DNA from: Candidatus Poribacteria bacterium
Lineage (GTDB): Bacteria; Poribacteria; WGA-4E; PCPOR2b
NCBI GenBank assembly: GCA_965215015.1
Contig: OZ244042.1
Location: 160,001-224,000 of the forward strand
DNA: 64,000 nt
Direction: 5' to 3'
The notes under the pieces were generated by a model, which saw only the letters and a list, made by a program, of their open reading frames with translations, was not told the DNA's origin and ran no database searches. Every line of letters begins with the position of its first letter. The first letter of the stretch is position 1. A program made the translations under genes and the position numbers. This document shows, in pieces, positions 50,558 to 59,961 of this stretch.

Positions 50558-51015
50558 GTTGCTATCTCCTCCTGTTTACGCGTAAAACTTGCACGTTTTC
50601 CACGCGAAAATGTGAAAATCGTTCCCATCTTAGAATTGAGAGTTTCGGCATAGACTCTCAATCGCATTACAAACTATTTCAAAGCATTACAAATAATTAC
50701 ATTTTACCCTTATCTCATGATTCAGATTCTTATTATTGATTATAGATTTGGATTATCGAAAAACTCCTTTAGGGCTAAAATCCTAATTTTTAGCAACGAC
50801 CCCGCGTGTTACGCGATGATTCGGGAGATGTTAAACCACGCTTTAGCACTGTTTTTCAAGACGACTGAAACAATTGCGTTGAACAATCTGCTTTTGACTA
50901 GGGCATGTCGACATTCTGCTGTTGCCAATTCAGCAAATGTCAACAGAACCTAGCAACAAATTATGAGATAGAATCCAAAAGCAAACCCGTCCCCAAGTAT
51001 ATCACAGAATTTTGC

Positions 51016-51044
51016 TTGTATAAAAATTCGGTTTGTGCTACAAT
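51016..51044 (+). promoter_or_regulatory. Sigma70-type promoter of the OmpA-family gene
   Basis: TTGTAT-17 nt-TACAAT with an extended -10 TG. Confidence 0.55.
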
Positions 51045-51121
51045 ATGGTAAATTTTTGGAAATTGTCATACCATAAACCATATTCGTTCACTTTAGAATG
51101 AATTTTTCCGAGGAGGTAACG

Positions 51122-51991
51122 ATGAAAAGTATAGCAGGAATAGCGATTGTTAGCATTGTTGTTTTTAGCATCATCCTCAGTGGCTGCGGCAAATTGAGCA
51201 AAGAAGAATTTGCCATGGAAATGGATAAATATAACCAACAAAATACAGCGGCACACACTGATTTAAGCAACCAAGTCTCAGAGGTTAGCGGCAAGGTTGA
51301 GGCTCAGGGGGAGGCTTTAAGGTCGGAAGTCTCTACGGCAAAAGAAGCTGCCATTACCGTCTCTCAACAAGGTGATGCAGATACAATTGCAGCTGCCAAA
51401 GAATTGGCTGAAAGTGGAGACGCTAAACTGCGTGAGGAGTTGATGCAGACCACAGATATGGTTGGCGAAAAGGCACAAGAGGCCGCCATGTCCGGAGATA
51501 AGAAACTCCAGGATCAGATTGCTGCGCTTGAAAAGAAGACCGAAATGCAAGCACAGAATATATCCGATTTGGAAGCTGCAATTATGGCAACCAAAAAGGA
51601 TCTCGCTGAAACGAAAGAGATGTCTGCCAAGCCGATGGTAGCGGCTACGGTTCAGTTCCCCAGCGGGAAAATTAGCTTGACTTCGGCTGCCATGGCGGCA
51701 CTTGATAAAGCGGCTGCAATGATTCAATCACATTCTAAGGCGTTGGTACTCGTTAAAGGCCACGCGGATGGCAGCCCTGTACTCCGGGGCAAATTCCGCA
51801 GCAATTGGGATCTTTCTCAAGCCCGCGCAGATTCAGTTGTGAAATATCTCCAGAGTAAAGGCGTGACGAACAAAATTGAGGCTCGTGGGCTTGGACACAC
51901 ACAACCAATTGCCCCAGTTAATACAAAAACGGGCCGCGCCCAGAACCGGCGAGCAGAAGTGATTGTGTATCCGACCGGCTCCATGATGTAG
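51122..51991 (+). CDS. OmpA/MotB-domain lipoprotein with coiled-coil stalk
   Basis: LSGC lipobox; GHAD, NWDLSQARADSV, G...PIAP.NT..GRAQNRR. Confidence 0.9.
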   Translation: MKSIAGIAIVSIVVFSIILSGCGKLSKEEFAMEMDKYNQQNTAAHTDLSNQVSEVSGKVEAQGEALRSEVSTAKEAAITVSQQGDADTIAAAKELAESGDAKLREELMQTTDMVGEKAQEAAMSGDKKLQDQIAALEKKTEMQAQNISDLEAAIMATKKDLAETKEMSAKPMVAATVQFPSGKISLTSAAMAALDKAAAMIQSHSKALVLVKGHADGSPVLRGKFRSNWDLSQARADSVVKYLQSKGVTNKIEARGLGHTQPIAPVNTKTGRAQNRRAEVIVYPTGSMM

Positions 51992-52015
51992 CACTTCACA
52001 TTAGTATATAGCTTA

Positions 52016-52060
52016 AGGGAAATTGGGTGGAATCGGCTTCAACCCAATTTCCCTTTTTTT
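52016..52060 (+). terminator. Rho-independent terminator
   Basis: AAGGGAAATTGGGT...ACCCAATTTCCCTTTTTTT. Confidence 0.85.
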
Positions 52061-52291
52061 ATGAGGATAGCCTGAGCTGCTAGAGTAGTAGGCATACTTC
52101 GTATGCCGTAACCTCCCTTCCCCCTGCTGAATACCCGGTGGGTTGTCCGTCAAGTCTAGGTTCATTGAGCCTAGAACGGTCTGATACCGTGTGGGTATTC
52201 GGGATTAGAGGGGGCGGCACCACGGACCGGGCTTACTACTTTGGATAGCTGTCAAAACTGAGTTGTCCGAAATCACCCGCTTGGGGAGCGC

Positions 52292-52759
52292 ATGGCAAGC
52301 AAAAACCAACTATTTGAGTCAAATACGGAATTTATCGGTACCCGCGGCGTTAAGGAGTACCGCGAGACCATCCCTGTTTGGGTGAATACCGGTGATGTTG
52401 TGCTAGAAATCGGCTGTGAATGGGGAACGACAACTGCATTGATTGCACCGCATTGTAAGAAGGTGATTGGTACTGACATCAGTCCTAAGTGTATCGAGCG
52501 TGCACGGGAGATGCATCCTGACCTGCACTTTGAAATCCTAGATGGATTCGATGTCAAGGCAGCACTTGAGCTCGGTGAACAGTTCAACAAGGTCTATATT
52601 GATATATCCGGTTTGTCTGGCTACCGGTCCCTGCTTGATACGATTTCGTTGCTTATGATGTACGCAACCGTCCTGCGGCCGGAAGCAATTATCGTTAAGA
52701 GTAGTGCACTCAAACGTTTTGCTGCACACTGTATTCCTTGGCGGTCGGTGTCATCCTAA
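52292..52759 (+). CDS. Small class I SAM-dependent methyltransferase
   Basis: VLEIGCEWG, IGTDIS. Confidence 0.75.
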   Translation: MASKNQLFESNTEFIGTRGVKEYRETIPVWVNTGDVVLEIGCEWGTTTALIAPHCKKVIGTDISPKCIERAREMHPDLHFEILDGFDVKAALELGEQFNKVYIDISGLSGYRSLLDTISLLMMYATVLRPEAIIVKSSALKRFAAHCIPWRSVSS

Positions 52760-53014
52760 CTATCATAACGTAAGTTGTTAAGTAGATATTTGGGTGTCGA
52801 GATATGAATCTCGACCTACAGGCTTCCCGTCGGTATTGAACCGGGCAGGAGGGTCAGGCAAGATGCCCGATCTGTGGGTTTGTGTCGGTTACGGTATACT
52901 CCGTCCCGATGGATTGGGATTCAAAGCAATATGCCTACCCCTTTTACGGCATGAGGAGGTTACGGCATACGACGTATGCCTACTACCATATTTATTAATT
53001 GCTGTTTAGGTCCC

Positions 53015-53749
53015 ATGCATCTCCCGCAAGGTCCCGTCACTTACAAATATGTAGAGGTCGGCAAAACACTCTATCAAGCGGTGTCAACGCGGACGCCGCG
53101 ATTTCCGCCTCGGGTCGCCTATGTGATGCTGAACTCACTATTTGAGGCGAGGCAAGAAGCGATTACGGTATATGACCCGTTTTGCGGTAACGGCGTCATC
53201 CTCTGTACGGCGTACCTTCTTTTTTCACAGAAAATAAAAAAACTAATCGGGGCAGATCTGAATCCAGTTGTGTTAGAAACGGTACGGCGAAATTTTCGGT
53301 GGATGAAGGAACAAAACGCACTTGAGGAACGCTTACGCGCAATTCAAGCCTACAAAACCAAAGATGATGAACTCAAAAAATCTTATCAAGCGCGATGTCG
53401 GTTGATGTTCAACCACGCACAACAGATTCACCTTGATGTGGAACTTTCCCAGCACGACGCAACTCGGATTCAGGAGCACCTCGCTTCAATTGAGGGCGAA
53501 GTCGCGCTTATCACAGATCCGCCCTATGCTCATAATGACCATTGGAATCCGAACGATGGGCCTAAATCAGCAGATTTTGGGCCCCTTGAGCCATTCCTTC
53601 AACAGGTTGTAGAGGCACCGAATGTGACTGCACTCCTGATCTGCTACCGAGTTGATCAGCCGATTCGTGCACTGTTGGAGACATATTTTGTGGTGACTCC
53701 ACTCGGTGGAACAAAAGGTAGAGCTATCTACCGATGCCAACCGAAATGA
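53015..53749 (+). CDS. AviRa-like rRNA methyltransferase
   Basis: P.FP.RVA, YDPFCGNG.IL, IGADLNP, LITDPPY...HW, in the same order as recalled AviRa motifs. Confidence 0.6.
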   Translation: MHLPQGPVTYKYVEVGKTLYQAVSTRTPRFPPRVAYVMLNSLFEARQEAITVYDPFCGNGVILCTAYLLFSQKIKKLIGADLNPVVLETVRRNFRWMKEQNALEERLRAIQAYKTKDDELKKSYQARCRLMFNHAQQIHLDVELSQHDATRIQEHLASIEGEVALITDPPYAHNDHWNPNDGPKSADFGPLEPFLQQVVEAPNVTALLICYRVDQPIRALLETYFVVTPLGGTKGRAIYRCQPK

Positions 53750-53929
53750 CGCTAATATATGAGATGTAGTGATAATCAAAAACGCACCGTTCAGGTTAAA
53801 AGAAAGTGCAAAACGCGAAAGGTGAAAACCAGTCGCTCATTGGTGCAGCTGGGCTAGGAAGGCCCGATCCTGTTGCACGATTTCTTAACATGAACCAAAC
53901 ACAAAAGGACAGCTGACAACTAACAAGAA

Positions 53930-54643
53930 ATGGACAGATCTTATACAATTTTACCAATGCTGCTCATAGTGTTTATTGGCTGTTTGATAGGAAATATCTC
54001 GCTTGGATCAGGCGTTGTTTCAGACGCACAGACTGAAGGCGAGCGTTCAAATCTATTACATGATTTTATGAGAGGTAGCGTCGAATCCACATCCTTCCAC
54101 CTCTCTTTTTTTTCCTATAAGCCAAGCTTAGAACAGTTCACAACGTTGTTGAGCAGTCTCGGTGTACCAGCACTCAACGCCGGGTTGATGCCTGTTGTTT
54201 CCGTGAAGCTGAAACACGCGCCGGAGTTATCTTCCCAAATAGCATTTGGGTATTGGACGAATGATGCAACATTACCGCCGCCAAATGCCGCAAATCTTTC
54301 CGCTACCTTTATCCCCATTTCATTCACCTTGCTCTACCATCCGGTGTTGCTTCACGACTTCCTTCCACTTTACTTTGGCGGGGGCATCGGGTATTCACAC
54401 CTGAGCGTAGGGGGCAGTGCCCTTGGTTTATTAACAGCCCAGGGGATAGCTTTTGATGACGGGAATTCCGGCTTGACAGGGTATGCCCAGATTGGATTAG
54501 TTTATCCGCTTCTCGATGATCGGCTTACCCTTACCTTTGAGGCAAAGCATATTCTCAAAACTTTCAAGGGGAGCGGTGCAGTGCCCTTCAATCTTGATTT
54601 TGATGGTACAGCGATTGGCTTGGGGGTTGGATTGCGATTTTGA
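53930..54643 (+). CDS. OmpW/OmpA-like small outer-membrane beta-barrel
   Basis: Signal peptide, PLYFGGGIGY, C-terminal GLGVGLRF. Confidence 0.75.
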   Translation: MDRSYTILPMLLIVFIGCLIGNISLGSGVVSDAQTEGERSNLLHDFMRGSVESTSFHLSFFSYKPSLEQFTTLLSSLGVPALNAGLMPVVSVKLKHAPELSSQIAFGYWTNDATLPPPNAANLSATFIPISFTLLYHPVLLHDFLPLYFGGGIGYSHLSVGGSALGLLTAQGIAFDDGNSGLTGYAQIGLVYPLLDDRLTLTFEAKHILKTFKGSGAVPFNLDFDGTAIGLGVGLRF

Positions 54644-54667
54644 GAAGAATGAATCAGAAGATGGAGA

Positions 54668-55192
54668 TTGGAGTTGAACGTGGCTGTCTTGAAAGGTAAA
54701 ACAGTAGGACAAATTTTGCTTTGGGGCGTTTGGGGTTGTCTAATCGCAATTCTAGGTTGTGATACTGGCATAATAGACAATTTCGAGGGTATCAAAATTG
54801 AAACCACTTTTCGATTCGATCGGATTGATTTCGACATCTTTCTGCTTAATAAGAGTGGTCGGCCGTTAATCCAGACTGGAAGTATCTTGACACCGGAAAT
54901 TGGCGTCAGCACCCTTTCTCCCTCCAAATTCACAACCCACGTTGAAATCTACTCGATGCGAGATGGTGCTAAAAGCAAAAAAGTCTACGATGGGCGTCTC
55001 ATACGTTTGGAGTGGGGAGCGGTCGGAGGGAACCGCAGAGTCCTTTTTGCGGAGATACCCCATGGACTGATTGAAGAGGATGAACAACGCGATACGGAGA
55101 TAGGCGTGATTATTGTCACGGTGCAGACAGAAAAGCAAGGACCATTTAAGGACACACTGGAAAATACGAGAATTTATAGCCGGGCACCCTAA
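54668..55192 (+). CDS. Hypothetical lipoprotein
   Basis: ILGC lipobox; 174-aa ORF. Confidence 0.6.
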   Translation: MELNVAVLKGKTVGQILLWGVWGCLIAILGCDTGIIDNFEGIKIETTFRFDRIDFDIFLLNKSGRPLIQTGSILTPEIGVSTLSPSKFTTHVEIYSMRDGAKSKKVYDGRLIRLEWGAVGGNRRVLFAEIPHGLIEEDEQRDTEIGVIIVTVQTEKQGPFKDTLENTRIYSRAP

Positions 55193-55368
55193 TCGGATTG
55201 GTTATCTCCCACATCCTGTCTTCTTATAATCACTCAATTAACCTACCCGAATTCTTATCTCACAATTTTGGTTAATCCCTTCCTCTACTTTTTCGTCATT
55301 CTAATGTCCGAATATACAACACCTCCCGACACCCAAGCATCAGAACACCCAAACATCAGAAGAAAGGC

Positions 55369-57597
55369 ATGAGTTTGGATTTGCATCAATCACCTGAAAT
55401 CAGAAGATACCTGTTTCTTTTAGGCCTTGTGCTATTGTTCCTGATCCGTCTGAGTGCCGCCGCTGGCCCGGTAGAATACCGAGCCGAAGCGTATCGAACT
55501 TTTCAGAGCATTGAGATTGACGGGGATTTCAGTGAAGCGGATTGGCAGCATGCCAAACCGATAAATCAGTTTATCCAAACTGAACCCGATGAAGGCGTGC
55601 TGATAACTGAATCTACGGAAGTCCGCATCCTATACGACGAAAAAAATATCTACTTCGGTTTTACCTGTTCAAGCGCACACCGTGATAATATTGTCGCCAA
55701 CGAAATGCGTCGAGATGCAGAAAATTTGCGTGAGAACGATAATGTTTTCATCCTGTTGGACACTTACAACGATAAACGGAGTGGGGTTTTCTTCCGTATC
55801 AATCCATTGGGGGCGATGCAGGATATAGCGTTGACAAACAGCGGGGATAGCTTGAATATGAGTTGGGACGCTGTATGGACCTGCCAATCCAAAATTAATG
55901 ATACCTACTGGACAACGGAAATCGCCATACCTTTCAGCCAACTCCGCTTTAACAGAAGGGATCCGATGGTCTGGGGGGTGAATTTTGGACGAACCATCCG
56001 ACGAAAAAAAGAGGAGGCAACGTGGGTTCCGGTATCAAGGCAGTACGGCAGTCTATCGAAATATCGAACTGCTAACCTCGGTAATCTCGTTGGTTTGGCA
56101 GGCGTTACTCCGTCAAGACGGCTTGAATTTCTGCCTTATATCTTACCGGGAGTGAGTCGAATCGAGGAGAATGAGGACACCGATGGAACATTCGGTTATG
56201 GCTTAGATTTAAAGTACGGTCTAACCTCAAACCTCACCGCTGATCTGACCTATAAGACCGACTTTGCCCAGGTCGAGGCGGATCAGGAGCAAGTGAACTT
56301 GACGCGTTTCAGTCTGTTTTTCCCAGAAAAGCGTCCGTTCTTCTTAGAGGGTGCAGGACAGTTTGATTTTGGCATTCCGCGCCCCAGTTTCTTTCGCCCG
56401 CCCCCGTTGCTCCTTTTTTATAGCCGTCGCATCGGTCTTGAGGAAGGGCACGCCATCCCGATTATAACTGGAGGTAAGATTACAGGCAAAATGGGCCCTT
56501 ACGGTATTGGTCTGCTGAATGTGTTGACGGATAATTTCCACACCGGTCCATTGGTTACAGATCCAGATGATATTGTTGATGTGTCTAGAACAAACTACTC
56601 CGTGCTGCGTGTGACACGAGATCTCTTAAGCGGCTCCAGTATTGGGGCGATTGCGATTAATAAGCAGGACACAGATACATACAACCGTGCGGGTGGATTG
56701 GATTTCGCATATCGTCCAAACGACAGTATTGATGTGCGTGGACTGTGGGCACGGACTTATGAAGCGGAGGTCTCTGGCAAGAACGATGCAATGTACTTTG
56801 GCGGCACTTGGCGCAACAGTCTGCTTCGATTCAATGGAACATATACGTTCATTGGTGAGGCTTTCAACCCTGAGGCCGGATTCGTCCGCCGCCAGGGCAG
56901 CCGACGCTTCCGTGGACAGATGCGTTTTACCCCGTGGCCCAAAAAATTCGGAATTCGACGCATCTTCATGGGACCGGAGGTTGACTATATCCTCAACCAA
57001 GACGATGAGTTAGAAACCCGGGAGTTTTCATTGACCAATTGGTTTCAGCTTGAGCAAGGGAGTTGGATCAACGTTGAGATTCGGCGAACCTCTGAATTTC
57101 TTGATGAGGATTTTGAAATCCGAGATGACGTTATCATACCGATTGGTGATTACGACTTGACCACGTTCAGAACCATGATTGATACGGATGAGGGGCGGAA
57201 AATTTCAGGTAGATTCGGAGCCAATTACGGCACCTTCTTCAATGGGACAAGGCGAGGGTTTGATATTCAAGCAAATTTCAAACCGAGTGGTCGCCTCGCC
57301 TTTGAGACACAATATCAATTTAACCGGGTCGAACTCCCGGACGAAGTACCTTTCAATGTAAATATTTTCGGCAGCCGCATTGTCTATTCTTTGACTACAA
57401 CTCTGTTTGTGAAGTTGTTCGCCCAATGGAACAGCGACGAGGACGTAATTTCAGCCAATTTCCTGCTCAACTACATCTACCGCCCCGGCAGCGATTTCTA
57501 TCTTGTGTTCAATCGGATTTATGATAGTGGCGGTACGGAAACGACACCTGGGGAATTGACAGCTGTTGCAAAGATGACTTACTGGTGGAATCCGTGA
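55369..57597 (+). CDS. CBM9-like plus DUF5916 outer-membrane protein, paralog 1
   Basis: IDGDFSEADW, EIAIPFSQLRF, DFAQVEAD..VNLTRFSLFFPEKRPFFLEG, LFYSRRIG. Confidence 0.88.
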   Translation: MSLDLHQSPEIRRYLFLLGLVLLFLIRLSAAAGPVEYRAEAYRTFQSIEIDGDFSEADWQHAKPINQFIQTEPDEGVLITESTEVRILYDEKNIYFGFTCSSAHRDNIVANEMRRDAENLRENDNVFILLDTYNDKRSGVFFRINPLGAMQDIALTNSGDSLNMSWDAVWTCQSKINDTYWTTEIAIPFSQLRFNRRDPMVWGVNFGRTIRRKKEEATWVPVSRQYGSLSKYRTANLGNLVGLAGVTPSRRLEFLPYILPGVSRIEENEDTDGTFGYGLDLKYGLTSNLTADLTYKTDFAQVEADQEQVNLTRFSLFFPEKRPFFLEGAGQFDFGIPRPSFFRPPPLLLFYSRRIGLEEGHAIPIITGGKITGKMGPYGIGLLNVLTDNFHTGPLVTDPDDIVDVSRTNYSVLRVTRDLLSGSSIGAIAINKQDTDTYNRAGGLDFAYRPNDSIDVRGLWARTYEAEVSGKNDAMYFGGTWRNSLLRFNGTYTFIGEAFNPEAGFVRRQGSRRFRGQMRFTPWPKKFGIRRIFMGPEVDYILNQDDELETREFSLTNWFQLEQGSWINVEIRRTSEFLDEDFEIRDDVIIPIGDYDLTTFRTMIDTDEGRKISGRFGANYGTFFNGTRRGFDIQANFKPSGRLAFETQYQFNRVELPDEVPFNVNIFGSRIVYSLTTTLFVKLFAQWNSDEDVISANFLLNYIYRPGSDFYLVFNRIYDSGGTETTPGELTAVAKMTYWWNP

Positions 57598-57645
57598 AAT
57601 ATGGTATGTCTTGTGAAATGTTGATTTTCTTAAGGGAGGGCGTCT

Positions 57646-59880
57646 ATGATTTGTCACTTTAGCAGAATGCCCACAATGTCGCGGTGTAGTAAAGCTTTTT
57701 TTATTATATGTATAGGCCATCTGCTGTTTCCGCTCATTGTGAATGCAGATACGGAACCTATGGAGTACCAAGCCGAGGCATACCGAACTTATCAGAGTAT
57801 CGAGATTGACGGAGAGTTCAACGAGGAAGACTGGCAGAACGCAAAATCCATCACTCGACTCATCCAATATGAACCTGCCGAGGGGGAACTAATCTCGCAG
57901 CCTACAGAGGTGCGCATTCTTTATGATGCTAAGGAGATTTACTTCGGGTTTACCTGTTTTGACGACGATATTTCCAAAATGGTTGCCAATGAAATGCGCC
58001 GCGATGGGAGCGGTCGGGATGGGTTGCGTGAAAACGACCATGTTTCTATCCTTCTAGATACTTATAACGATCGGCGCAACGGATTTTTCTTCCGTGTCAA
58101 TCCGTTGGGAGCAATGGAAGACATCGCTTTGATAAACAGCGGAGAGAGTCGAAATCAGGCTTGGGATGCAGTCTGGACATGTCGTACCAAAATCAATGAG
58201 AACCACTGGACAGCAGAGGTAGGAATTCCGTTCAGCCAACTTCGTTTCAGTAAGAGGGACGAGATGACTTGGGGGTTGAATTTGGGACGGAGCCTCATGC
58301 GAAGCCAAGAGGAGGCGACGTGGGCACCGCTTTCCAAAGCACATGGGTTCTTTGCTAGATACCGCACCGATGTTATCGGCAATTTGGTCGGTCTGGAAGG
58401 AATTACTCCCCCGCGGAATCTGGAACTGCTACCCTATTTCCTACCGGGGTTGAATCGTATCGAAGAAGAAAAGAAAACCGAAGGAGTATTGGACTATGGG
58501 CTGGACCTCAAATACGGCATCACCTCGAATCTGACCGCTGATCTCACCTATAATACCGACTTTGCCCAAGTAGAGGCGGATCAGGAGCAGGTCAACCTTA
58601 CCCGGTTCAGCCTGTTTTTCCCGGAGAAGCGTCCTTTCTTCCTGGAAGGTGCCGGGTTGTTTGATTTTGGCATTCCGCGCACCAGTTTTCGACGACCTCC
58701 ACCTTTACTGCTGTTTTATAGCCGTCGTATCGGTTTAGCTGAAGGACGAGCCGTCCCGATTTTCGGTGGGAGCAAGATTACGGGCAAAGTCGGACCTTAC
58801 GGCATCGGCTTGCTGCATGTCTTGACGAATGAATTTCACGATGAGACCGATCCAGAGGATCCGATTGATGAGCCACGCACCAATTACTCTGTGTTAAGGT
58901 TGACGCGGGATATTTTTAGTGGGTCACGCATTGGGTTAATCGGCATCAACAAGCAGGATGCTGACGCATACAATCGGGCAGGAGGATTTGACTTCACCTA
59001 TCGCCCAACCGATAGCCTTGATATACGTGGACTCTGGTCTCGCACGTTTGAAGCAGATGTCTCCAGCCAAAACAACGCCTTGCATCTCGGCAGCACTTGG
59101 CGAAACAGGGATGTTCGCTTGCAGGGTTCATATACCGACATTGATGAGAACTTTAACCCGGAGGTCGGATTTATCCAGCGAGAGGGAATCCGCCGAATCA
59201 ATGGTCAAATGCTTTATAGCCCCCGGCTTGGCAAATTTCGGATTCGCCAAATTTATACCGGACCGGAGTTTGATTTTATTCTCAATCAAAACAACCAATT
59301 AGAAACTCAAGAGATTGCATTGACCAACTATTTTCGGTTTGAAAGCGGAAGCTACATTGGGTTTCTACCGAAACGAACCAAAGAACACCTTGATGAGGAT
59401 TTTGAAATCCGATCGGGGATTATTATTCCTCTGGGCGAATACAATTTCACTGAAATGATGATCAGAGGCTCCACCGATGATACGAAAGCACTTGCAGGGC
59501 AATATAGTGTGAATTTTGGCAACTTCTACAACGGACGCAGGTGGGGATTTACCCTCAATGCGGGCTTCAAACCGAACGGGCGTTTGAACGTCGAGCCCAT
59601 ATTTCAGTTTAACCGTGTAACGCTTCCCCAAGACGCGTTTAATGCGAGCATTTTTGGTGCCCGTGTGAGCTACTCCTTCTCGACAACGCTTTTTGCAAAA
59701 ATATTCGCCCAATGGAACAGTGATGAGGACGTAATTTCAGCCAATTTCCTGCTCAACTACATCTACCGCCCCGGCAGCGATTTCTACCTTGTTTTCAATC
59801 GGATTTATGATAGTGGAGCGAAAACAGCACATGGGGAATCGACGGCCGTTGCAAAAATGACTTACTGGTGGAATCTGTAG
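57646..59880 (+). CDS. CBM9-like plus DUF5916 outer-membrane protein, paralog 2
   Basis: Same motif set; ends AKMTYWWNL. Confidence 0.88.
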   Translation: MICHFSRMPTMSRCSKAFFIICIGHLLFPLIVNADTEPMEYQAEAYRTYQSIEIDGEFNEEDWQNAKSITRLIQYEPAEGELISQPTEVRILYDAKEIYFGFTCFDDDISKMVANEMRRDGSGRDGLRENDHVSILLDTYNDRRNGFFFRVNPLGAMEDIALINSGESRNQAWDAVWTCRTKINENHWTAEVGIPFSQLRFSKRDEMTWGLNLGRSLMRSQEEATWAPLSKAHGFFARYRTDVIGNLVGLEGITPPRNLELLPYFLPGLNRIEEEKKTEGVLDYGLDLKYGITSNLTADLTYNTDFAQVEADQEQVNLTRFSLFFPEKRPFFLEGAGLFDFGIPRTSFRRPPPLLLFYSRRIGLAEGRAVPIFGGSKITGKVGPYGIGLLHVLTNEFHDETDPEDPIDEPRTNYSVLRLTRDIFSGSRIGLIGINKQDADAYNRAGGFDFTYRPTDSLDIRGLWSRTFEADVSSQNNALHLGSTWRNRDVRLQGSYTDIDENFNPEVGFIQREGIRRINGQMLYSPRLGKFRIRQIYTGPEFDFILNQNNQLETQEIALTNYFRFESGSYIGFLPKRTKEHLDEDFEIRSGIIIPLGEYNFTEMMIRGSTDDTKALAGQYSVNFGNFYNGRRWGFTLNAGFKPNGRLNVEPIFQFNRVTLPQDAFNASIFGARVSYSFSTTLFAKIFAQWNSDEDVISANFLLNYIYRPGSDFYLVFNRIYDSGAKTAHGESTAVAKMTYWWNL

Positions 59881-59961
59881 CTCCTGAAACGTATAAAGCA
59901 AACAACATCAGAACTTGCTTAGTAGAACCAATTCTGGAGCCATTTTGAAAGGAGACCGTTT

